A DNA stretch of 59,924 nt, filler included, from Stramenopiles sp. TOSAG23-2 (taxonomy: Eukaryota), in the NCBI GenBank assembly GCA_900128395.1. It is 3 parts of 3 records of this genome, joined end to end, with 100 filler letters (N's around TTAATTAATTAA, not from the genome) between each part and the next. Parts side by side here need not be neighbours in the genome. Positions count along the whole stretch, not along the records: positions 1 to 19,918 come from LT649568.1; positions 20,019 to 39,925 come from LT649570.1; 1 more part is not named here. One strand, 5' to 3'. Positions 11,448 to 20,984 of the stretch are shown one piece after another. The stretch's first letter is position 1; the number at the start of each line of letters is the position of its first letter. Under the pieces are notes generated by a model. That model worked only from the letters and a program-made list of their open reading frames with translations, was not told where the DNA came from and ran no database searches. Both the position numbers and the translations under genes were made by a program.

Positions 11448-12326
11448 TTAATCAAGTGGTATCAAAGCACCATACATACTTAACCTTGATCTGGTATGAC
11501 GAAAGGATTGACATTCTGGTATTTTTCTTGGTGCGCAACGAAATTCAACTATTGCATGTGCAAAATTAACAAAACCTTGCACAGCACAGCTTGATTGTTT
11601 CACATTTTTTATTAATGATGAATGTGCTAATAAATCTTGTAATTTTTGAAGATTTTCTCTTGTTATGCTATGTGGCTTCATCTTTAACAATTTACTAATA
11701 GTTTTAACGTTTGATAAAAGTGCTTTTGCTTCTTTCCATGTTCCATTTGCATTCCCAACAAGTAAGACACATACAAGTGCAGCAATATCATTGCATATAG
11801 CATCTGGTGGAACTCGTAAGGATTTCAACTCTGTTAAATCACCTCGATTTAATTTCCGTAATCCATTTATTGCTTTTTCAGATACAACACTCCATGTACG
11901 TTCATCCGTTTTCGTTTCTTGTTTTACATTTTTCCTTCCAACTTTAGAATTGTTTAAGCTTTTAATATTTTGAAGTGAAGCAACTGGTCTGTTTCGCAAC
12001 ACACTTTCTAAAAATCCATGGACACGCCCTAAAAGTGTCGAAGATGTAGGCTCTCTGTTAATAGCATTAACAATGCTTGTCAATCTTTCCCAATTTTCAT
12101 ATGGAATTTGACTAAGATTCAGATTTATTATTTGTTTTAAGAAAGATGCAGTCCCCAGTTTTTTTTTCGCTTCTGCATCTGTTGTAATTTTTGCAGCAGC
12201 AGGGTTTGAAGTTAACATACATAATCCCATCATACAACGCTGAATATCTTTAGGTGGAGCTGCATATGATTTCATCTCCACTAGGTCTGCTTTAGTTAAT
12301 CCAGGACATTGACGTACAAATTGCAT
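11448..12326 (-). CDS. Standalone protein with two dynein heavy-chain stalk-head (microtubule-binding domain)-like repeats
   Basis: LTKADLVEMKSYAAPP and LNRGDLTELKSLRVPP...VCVLL...WKEAKALL...VKQSSCAVQGFVNFAHAIVEF match the dynein MTBD pattern. Confidence 0.75.
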   Translation of the reverse strand: MQFVRQCPGLTKADLVEMKSYAAPPKDIQRCMMGLCMLTSNPAAAKITTDAEAKKKLGTASFLKQIINLNLSQIPYENWERLTSIVNAINREPTSSTLLGRVHGFLESVLRNRPVASLQNIKSLNNSKVGRKNVKQETKTDERTWSVVSEKAINGLRKLNRGDLTELKSLRVPPDAICNDIAALVCVLLVGNANGTWKEAKALLSNVKTISKLLKMKPHSITRENLQKLQDLLAHSSLIKNVKQSSCAVQGFVNFAHAIVEFRCAPRKIPECQSFRHTRSRLSMYGALIPLD

Positions 12327-12695
12327 GGTTATATATTATATTTACGTTTATAGTGTTTTTGTTGTTGTATAATTATTTAATTAATGATATATTTTACAGT
12401 TCTTTTTATATACTATATGTATATATATATGTATGTATTCTCACAATAAATTCACTTTAAATAATAATGATAGAAGGAATATATATTGTACGAGGAAATA
12501 TTATGTCTTGCACAAAAGACTTGACAATGGAAGAAATGTACGAATGGTGTGTATGTCTCCGTATAGATATCCCGGGAGATCAGTAATTAATAAACTTTGT
12601 TGAGCAACTTGATGAACGGATCAATATCAACATATATAAAGATTTTATGTAAAAAGACAAACGACAAATTAAACCATATATAAAACAGAACAATA

Positions 12696-13478
12696 ATGAA
12701 CACAACAAATATAAAATACGACGAACAAAGCAATATGATGAGGTATTATATAAATAATCGTATTGCTTTGAAAAACAAATTATATGATGATAAATTAAAT
12801 CAACAATTCAAAACAATTAAAAAGAACATATATAAATTCATTGCGGAATACGATGAAATTGGTGTCTACTTTTATCAAGCATATAATAAAAATATAGCTA
12901 AATATGCAGTCGAAAATCAAACTTTCAAAGGATGTCCAAAATTTAGTTTAAACAGAATGACATGGATTAAGCCTAATTTTGCTTGGATGCTATATCGGGC
13001 TGGTTACGGAATAAAAGATAAAAATCAAGCAGCAATATTAAAAATCAAATTATCACATGATACGGTTGCACAAATATTGGAAAATTCTGTTTTAAGCCAT
13101 AACAAAGACAGTAAAGGTAAAACTAGAATCCAATGGGATCCAGCACGCAATTTGTTTATGCCAACAACAAATAAAGATTCCGATAAAGAAAATAATCTAG
13201 TTGAACCAGCAAAACTTTCAGCAATAAAAGTGAAAGATGAAGAATTATTAAAACAAATTCAAATTGGTATTAATCAAATGGATGTTTCCAAAATTTACGT
13301 TGATAATATTCTCTCCATAACCGATGTCAGTGAGTTAGCATTACAAATTTATGATATCCATCAATCATCATTATTAGATAAAACATGTAAAGATATGATG
13401 ATATATCCAAGGGAACAAATGTATGTACCAAAGTTAACTGATGACAAATTATTGGAATTACAAATACGAAAAAAATAA
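12696..13478 (+). CDS. DUF4291 family protein
   Basis: YFYQAY, RMTWIKPNFAWMLYRAGYG, RIQWDPAR and IQIGI motifs. Confidence 0.85.
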   Translation: MNTTNIKYDEQSNMMRYYINNRIALKNKLYDDKLNQQFKTIKKNIYKFIAEYDEIGVYFYQAYNKNIAKYAVENQTFKGCPKFSLNRMTWIKPNFAWMLYRAGYGIKDKNQAAILKIKLSHDTVAQILENSVLSHNKDSKGKTRIQWDPARNLFMPTTNKDSDKENNLVEPAKLSAIKVKDEELLKQIQIGINQMDVSKIYVDNILSITDVSELALQIYDIHQSSLLDKTCKDMMIYPREQMYVPKLTDDKLLELQIRKK

Positions 13479-13836
13479 TTTAAAAAAAAAAGTGCGTGTA
13501 AAATTATTAATACCTTAAATTACCAGGTTCTCTCTGGTAATACTGGTTTGGCGCGATTTCGATTTTTGAAATCAAACTGAAATAACACTACTAACAATGG
13601 GAAAATAAAAATATATATTTATCATTGAAATTAGTAAAGTGATGAAAAAATCAAAATTACACATTACAACAAATAGATAGAACAAAACAAAAACAATCAA
13701 CAATCAACCATTTCCCTATCCTTCCCCTCCTCTTTCTCCTCTATCCACCATTTGATATTCAATAAAAAATATACTTGTTTGACATAATCACATTTGCTAC
13801 AGAAAAAAGATCGAAAAAAAACAAAGAGTATATATA

Positions 13837-16204
13837 ATGAGTTTTAATGTAAAAATAAACCGTGTTAAACTATATATAAATGGTAAAAATGCAGAAACTA
13901 TTAAAGGTAATCTACAAATACGTATTGGAAAACATGCAAGTAATGAAAAGAAAGCAGTATTTTATATATATGATAACAACAAACGTAAGAAAGAGTTTTA
14001 TATACCTGTTGTCGAAAGTCAATATAGCGACGTAACTGGTAAGAGAGATAATAGTAGTTTTTATTTTACTTTTAAAATGGAGGAAAATACAAATGATTAC
14101 AAATGTATATTGCAAGGTTCAAAAAAGAATTTAGAAGAAATACAAAAATATATTGAAAATTTCGATAGTTCTATGTTGAATCAGATCCCTAATAACGAAT
14201 CGCCATCTGCTATTAAGAATAATGATGAAAATGAAATGAGCAATGCAACGAATAAAAAGAAACGAAAAAAACCAACAACCACTACAAATAATAAGAATAA
14301 CAAAAAGAAAAATGCTCCTACTAGTAGTAACAACAACAATAATAATAATAACACTAATAATAATAAAAAGAAGAAGAAGAAGAAAACACAAGCATTATCA
14401 TCGTCACCAACACAAAATTCCAACAACACGACAAATGACAACAACAACAACAACAATACCGCTAATTCAATGCATAGCTATTTTTCAACAACACCATCTC
14501 GTACACAACGACAATCAAATTCCAGCATGTCAAAAGTACAACAATTAACACCACCACAAGTGGAACGTGATTCTGCAAGTCGTAATTCTAGTACAAAACG
14601 TAATAATTCCAGACAGCAACATTTAAATACATATGGTAGTGCTAGCTTTCTTAATGGTGGTAGCAGCAGCAGCAGCAGCAAAGGTAGTTCAAGGGGCAAA
14701 CGAATGCTTCATAGTGCCAGTCAACAAAATCGAAGACTATCATCACGTCAATCAGCATATCCGCCAGTATATCAAGATAATGGATCATCTAATAATTCGA
14801 ATAAGAATGCTAAATTGAATCAAAATAGACGACCATTTTCATCGCAAGAACAACTATTTACTGGTAATAATAATAATAATAAGAATAAGAACAGCAACAG
14901 CATCGTTCGATCAAAAAATGTTAATACGAACGGGAATTCTTCTTATTATTATGCTGGTAAATTATATTCTGGTGGTAAAAACAATAGATTTAAATATATA
15001 AAGAAGAAAAAACCTACAAATGATAACATGTCATTGACAAGACTTGATCGTGGCGGCGGTATAGTAAATTTAGGAAATACATGCTATATGAATGCAGTCT
15101 TGCAATCCATATGTGCATGTGATGGATTTGTACATGATATGAAACGTAAATGTTTAACAAAAGCAGCAACGAAAGGTAATATTGGGATAAAAGAAAATCG
15201 ACTTTTATATTCTGGGATGATATCTTTTGTACAAAGAAGAAATGTAGCATTAGGTAAAAAAGAAAGAGTAAATCCTACTGATGATATTCGTGAAGCCGTA
15301 TGTAAAATATTTCCATCTTTCAATAACACGATACAACAAGATGCACAGGAATTTTTTGTATATGCATTAAATCGTATTCATGAAGAATTGTTATTGTGTA
15401 AAATCGTACCACCATTGTCATCTTCCTCGCAACATCATCATAATATCATTAATAATAATGATGGTGATGGTATGAAAAAACAGAAGAAGAAACAAAAAAA
15501 TGGAGGAAAAATGTTGATGAAAAGTTGGTTAAATGAGAACAATATTACAGATGAACGGAATTTTGAATATTTACCTACGACAAGACATTTTCATATTGAA
15601 ATCAAAAATGCATTAAAATGTCAAAATGTAAATTGCATGTTTACAAGAGGCACTTTGGAACTTTTCCGTAATTTATCATTACATTTACCATCAACTCGTA
15701 AAAATCGTTCGTTAACAATGACTGAATTGCTCGACTCGTTTTTTAACCATGAAATTGTTGAATTGAGATGTGATAAATGTAAAGGAAAATTAGGAGCATG
15801 TAAATCAGTGAAATTGCACGTTTTGCCAAATGTATTAGTATTGCATTTTAAACGATTTGAAGCGAATATAGCAACTGGTAAATTCATTAAACGTCGTGAT
15901 TACATTGGAATTGATGATGTAATTGATTTGGCAAAATATTGTGAACAGGATGCACGCAATTCCCCTAACGATGATCTTGGACCAATTTCAAAAGCAGATT
16001 CGATTGAAATGAAAAAACTTACAAAAAATGATGTGAAACCAGCAACTGAGACTAGTTCAGCTACGGATGAAAACAGTAATAAGAAAGAGAATACGAAAAA
16101 TGGTGGAGGATTAATTGGAAATAAACGTATATCAGCAGTTACACCGGAAGATAAAAAAAGTGGAAATAATAATAAATCTTCGATTGATTTAACAAAAAGT
16201 AATG

Positions 16205-16250
<46 letters not shown>

Positions 16251-16569
16251 CAGCAATAGTAGTGCAAATGCTGCAGCTAGGTTTCATACTCAAATATCAG
16301 CTGCTCGTGTTGATTTTTTAACACCTTCTAAAGATACATCGAAAAAGAAAAAACAATTGTTTACAAAATATAAATTGAAGAGTATTGTCCATCATCATGG
16401 TTTTCAAGCGTTTAGTGGACATTATACTGCAGATGTGCGTGCAGATGAAGATCCGAATCTTTGGTATAGATATGATGACACGGTCGTAAGCAAAGTTGAT
16501 AAATCGATGACGAAAACAAGAGATGAAAGTTCTGTATATATGGCTTTTTATGTATTGCAAAGGGATTAA
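13837..16569 (+). CDS. Ubiquitin-specific protease (peptidase C19), USP37/26/29-like architecture
   Basis: Cys box GIVNLGNTCYMNAVLQ, QQDAQEF, LPNVLVLHFKRF, His box HHGFQAFSGHY, WYRYDD. N-terminal beta-rich (PH-like) domain and a long low-complexity linker. Confidence 0.9.
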
Positions 16570-16864
16570 AAATTTAATTTCGAACAGAGAGTGGTGTGTG
16601 TAATGGTGTAATATATGTGTGTGTAAAGTTGTTCCTTATTTAAATGATATGTGCTCAGAAAAAGAGAGTACATATAATGTGTGTGTGGTACAATTTATTT
16701 TTAAAAAAAGAAAAATTTTTATAAAATAATATTCGAGAGATATCATTAAAATATTACACACGTAAACATATATATCATATGATATTTTGACCCTATTTTA
16801 CAAATAAAATTTTTATAATACTTTTCGTACATTTCATTTTTACATATCCGCCTACCTCTCCTTT

Positions 16865-17296
16865 TCAATTCTTAATATGTCTACCGACTCTTGGTGATTC
16901 TTGATATCCATTTTGTTGTTGCATTGGTGGACGTTGTGGATTCATATTATCAACTTCTTGTACATTTGGCAGGTTTCCATTTTTATTTATACGACGATCT
17001 CTCCTTGCAGTTTGACGTGGTGTATATAATGTTTTCCCAGGTGGTGCAGTTGAAATAGCTTTTCTCCAATCCCATGTCCGTTCACCAGTGGATGGATTGT
17101 AATAATATACCATATTTGATTTTGGATCAGTTGCTGCAAACCATCCAGGCAATAATGAATATTGTGGATTTAATGTCCCAGGTGGACCATTTTGTTGTTG
17201 TTGTTGTTGTTGTTGCATATTTTGTTGTTGCTGTTGCTGCTGCTGCATCATCATTTGCTGCTGTTGCTGTTGTTGCTGCTGGTTTTGTTGTTGCAT
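16865..17296 (-). CDS. Gln-rich WW-domain protein
   Basis: Poly-Q N-terminus and LPGWFAATDPKSNMVYYYNPSTGERTWD. Confidence 0.75.
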   Translation of the reverse strand: MQQQNQQQQQQQQQMMMQQQQQQQQNMQQQQQQQQNGPPGTLNPQYSLLPGWFAATDPKSNMVYYYNPSTGERTWDWRKAISTAPPGKTLYTPRQTARRDRRINKNGNLPNVQEVDNMNPQRPPMQQQNGYQESPRVGRHIKN

Positions 17297-17853
17297 TGCA
17301 TTTGTATTATTATAATTCTGTGTTGTAGCATATTTTCTTTCTTGTCCATTATTATTATTTACACGTTGTTTATTATTATTACGTCTTGTACCATGACAAA
17401 ATTAAATTAAATAATGTATCAGGAAAGGCAGTTGAGCTGTTGTTGATTAACATTTTATTTTTATTTTTAGAAAGAGATCGGTTTTTGGATTGCGATTGTT
17501 CTTGGAGGCCGTCCCAAAAAATGGACATAATCGTTCCCACCTGTGTGTGCGTTCGCTGGTTTTTGAAGGTGCTTCGACAAAAGAATGGTGTCTTTTGCAG
17601 TGGACTTGGAAAAGTTGGGAATAGTGTAACAAGTATAAAATCACGTTATTATTGTTCTTGGAGGCGCAGAAGTAGAATATTACATGGAAATACAATTACC
17701 TGGTAATCTCTAGGTACAATATCATTTTTTTACGAGAGAGTAAAAAAAAAAGATTTTTTCTTTAATTTAGAATTAGTGCATACACACATGTGCCTTTTTT
17801 TATATTTTCCTTTTTCACTCTTGTCTCTACACCATAAACTCTAAAGAACAGAG

Positions 17854-19059
17854 TCAATTCAAACTCAAGCGCATATGATTCTTATATTGTGCATAAATCG
17901 TACACATTTCTAAAATCGCCAATACCATTACAATCAATTGTAAAAATGCATTAAACATGACAAACGTAATCAATGGTTGTATATAATGTTCAATAATTGT
18001 AGCAGATTGTTTTTGAAATTTTTTAATACCACTTGAACAAACCTCTTTTGTTACCGGCCATCCTTTACACATCATTGGTAAATTTGTCTTTTCATCCTTA
18101 TCCTTATCATTCTTCTTTTTATTTTTATTTTTATCATTACCATCATTATCTAATTTACTTTCACATTTTACATTCATATTATATTGAAATTTTTTCCATT
18201 CACAACATTTCGTATATGTACATTTAGACCATCTATCAAATTTATCACGTAATTGATTTTCCGTTTTTGGATCTTCAGTATTAATAAGATTTATTTGAAT
18301 CTTACTATTATGATGAAGAACTGTTCTTTTACCACCTCCTTTCCCCCCCATCATCATCATCATCAAATTCTTCTCCTCCTTCTCCTTTTTTTCATCCACC
18401 TCCATAAACAATAAATTCGATGAAATTTTCATCATTGGAGAATAATGTTGCTGTTGCTGTGGTTGTTGCATTTGATGTTGCATTTCTAATGATGGTGATG
18501 ATAAACGTGGTGTTAAATATTGTTTTGATATTGAATCTAAAAATACTAATAATATTCCAGATAAAAAAAACTGCGCAACAATGGAAATCATCAATATAAT
18601 AATATAGACAATATAAATAAGACGCCGTAAATGACGTTTTAATTTTTGACTACGTTGACGACTACTAATTGTATAATTATATATTACATCAGGATCTGTA
18701 TTATCATTTTTTCCATCTACATTTGGTGTATCATTCACAAGTCGTACAGATATAAAACCAGCTAATGATACTAAACATAAAAAGATTCCAACACCACGAA
18801 AAAAATGACTAAATATATCTTCCCCACTGATACCTTTATCCCACATTTGTTTAATATAAATTGAAATAGCTAATAATAAACCACCTACTAATAAAGATAA
18901 TGAGTTAAATAAATCTAATGTTAATACAATACAATTGCCAAAGTGTGGTTTGGTTGTTGGGTCGTCTTGATTATCGTCGTCGTCTGAGTGTTGTTTATTT
19001 TCTATATCATCATTATCATTACCTAATAATGCATCTTTTTCTTCATTATTATCACTCAT
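17854..19059 (-). CDS. Tetraspanin-like four-TM protein
   Basis: Three N-terminal TMs, a large Cys-rich loop (CTYTKCC..C..C..C) and a C-terminal TM. The start is duplicated (ATG 19059 and 19128). Confidence 0.7.
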   Translation of the reverse strand: MSDNNEEKDALLGNDNDDIENKQHSDDDDNQDDPTTKPHFGNCIVLTLDLFNSLSLLVGGLLLAISIYIKQMWDKGISGEDIFSHFFRGVGIFLCLVSLAGFISVRLVNDTPNVDGKNDNTDPDVIYNYTISSRQRSQKLKRHLRRLIYIVYIIILMISIVAQFFLSGILLVFLDSISKQYLTPRLSSPSLEMQHQMQQPQQQQHYSPMMKISSNLLFMEVDEKKEKEEKNLMMMMMGGKGGGKRTVLHHNSKIQINLINTEDPKTENQLRDKFDRWSKCTYTKCCEWKKFQYNMNVKCESKLDNDGNDKNKNKKKNDKDKDEKTNLPMMCKGWPVTKEVCSSGIKKFQKQSATIIEHYIQPLITFVMFNAFLQLIVMVLAILEMCTIYAQYKNHMRLSLN

Positions 19060-19918
19060 TGTTTTTTTATTTATGTATGTATGGGATTTACCTAATAATG
19101 CATCTTTTTCTTCATTATTATCACTCATTGTTTTTTTATTTATGTATGTATGGGACTTCTTTATCAGGGAAAAAAAATGTATATATATATAGTAGAGAGA
19201 CGCGTTTTATTTCAATTATCTTGGTATCAAACTGATATAAATTATTTATTCGTGTTGATAGTTTTAAATTTCTTTCTTTCTTCTATAATATATATATTCA
19301 CCTTTTCAAAATTTATTATTAATAACTAGGCTTACGCTGCCGGCATTGTTAAATAAACCATTAAATGATTCGGTGCATTTTTTTGTAACATGGTTTGAGA
19401 ATGCCGGCATCGTATTCTTTTGTGGCGATTGGTAGTGAAATGTATATAGGGGAGGTTTCACGCTTAATAGTATGTTATTTTTGTAGTCATAAATTAACTC
19501 CATTTCATGTAACTGCATTTCATTCTTTTTATTTTTTTCAGTGATGATGTATTTCGTTTTCAAGTACTTCAACCTTTTAGAACCATTTGGGAACAAATAG
19601 GACCATAGATAATCACTATATCTTGTATTCATTTTACAACAACCAACCAAATAAATATAAAATTCTTCTCTTAAAGTTAAAATATATTTTTGATATTTTT
19701 ATTTTTATATTTATTTTTATATTTTTATATTAAAAAATTATTACTATATGATGTTTCCGGAACACGACAGTCCATTCATTATAGCCACATCCCACATATG
19801 TTGTTGTAATTAAACTTACAACATTTTCAATATTGTAGCATTGTAGCAATTGGTTGTGAAATTTATATAGGAAAAGTTTCACGCTTAATAGTATGTTATT
19901 TTTGTACTCAAAATAGTA

Positions 19919-20018
19919 NNNNNNNNNNNNNNNNNNNNNNNNNNNNNNNNNNNNNNNNNNNNTTAATTAATTAANNNNNNNNNNNNNNNNNNNNNNNNNN
20001 NNNNNNNNNNNNNNNNNN
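19919..20018. other. Artificial contig linker (44N-TTAATTAATTAA-44N)
   Basis: Stop-in-all-frames spacer centred in Ns, identical to the one at 39926. Confidence 0.95.
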
Positions 20019-20020
20019 AT

Positions 20021-20806
20021 TTAGAATTAATGCTTGAACCAGTTAAATTACCATGTTCACATTATCTCTGTAAAACATCTTGTGATAGATTATTAAGAAT
20101 GAAAAAAGAACATCGAAAATGTCCGTTGTGTCGAGCTAATATTCCAAAAACATTTAATGCAGAAAACATTGATATTAAGATGTGTAAGAAAATTAAGAAA
20201 TTCTTCCCAAACGAAGTGAAAGAATTGCAACAAATTCAGAAGGAATTGAAAGAATTTGCATTGCCAAAATTAAGAATTAAATATGGAAATCACTATTCAA
20301 AAGTGAGAAATGCGAAAAAGACAAAAAATAAAAAACATATAAATGAACACCGTTGGGATGCTTATGTGTTATTTTGTGATCCAACAAATAAAGATAGTAG
20401 AATAACAGATACATCGTTCATAAAAGATGTCACTATGAATTTTAGCGCATATGTCAAAACAAAGTGGGGAAAGCGATATTTTAATGGCAAACGAAGTAAA
20501 GGTATTTTCAGTACCGTTGGTATAGGTTGGGGTTATTTTGATTTTGATATTAAAATTCGATTTACTGATAGAATGAAATTACCTGATTTAGATTTCACAC
20601 ATGAATTGTGTTTTGAAAGAGGTGGCGATGAGCATGAAATCGATTTAGATTTAACAGATTTTCAAGCATATTATGCAGGATTAATTGATAGAGAAAAATA
20701 TCAAAAACACGTGAATAAAGATATAATACTCTTTTTTTGTAGTAGTTGCGACTTTTTATTCTTCTTTTTCTATGTTATTAAAAAGAAGAAAGCCTTTACA
20801 TTTTAA
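20021..20806 (+). CDS. RING finger + YEATS-like domain protein, 5'-truncated by the contig edge
   Basis: PVKLPCSHYLC...CPLCR (C3HC4 RING lacking the first CxxC). IKYGN..HRWDAYV..FIKDV..GWGYF..FTHELCF is the YEATS pattern. Confidence 0.75.
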   Translation, partial: LELMLEPVKLPCSHYLCKTSCDRLLRMKKEHRKCPLCRANIPKTFNAENIDIKMCKKIKKFFPNEVKELQQIQKELKEFALPKLRIKYGNHYSKVRNAKKTKNKKHINEHRWDAYVLFCDPTNKDSRITDTSFIKDVTMNFSAYVKTKWGKRYFNGKRSKGIFSTVGIGWGYFDFDIKIRFTDRMKLPDLDFTHELCFERGGDEHEIDLDLTDFQAYYAGLIDREKYQKHVNKDIILFFCSSCDFLFFFFYVIKKKKAFTF

Positions 20807-20984
20807 GATTAAAATATCATATTTTAAAAAGTGTAATGGTTATCATAGCAACGAATACTAGAAAGAGAGAGAACAAGATTTTTTTATACGGGACGTACTC
20901 TAATTGATTACGAATTTACGAATTTTAAAAATTTTCTTTTACATTTTTTTTTTATGATACCTTTTTTATATTAATAAAAATACT

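Noticed and set aside
11141-13478. MTBD + DUF4291 pair as a foreign island or operon
   Set aside because: Flanks have host-type AT repeats, genes are divergent, and no mobile-element ends are visible.
14320-16262. Poly-Asn, poly-Ser and poly-Lys tracts (AAT/AAC/AGT repeats) in USP and other genes
   Set aside because: Ordinary homopolymer expansions of AT-rich protist genomes.
19963-19974. TTAATTAATTAA palindrome (also 39970-39981)
   Set aside because: Artificial linker centred in fixed-length N runs.
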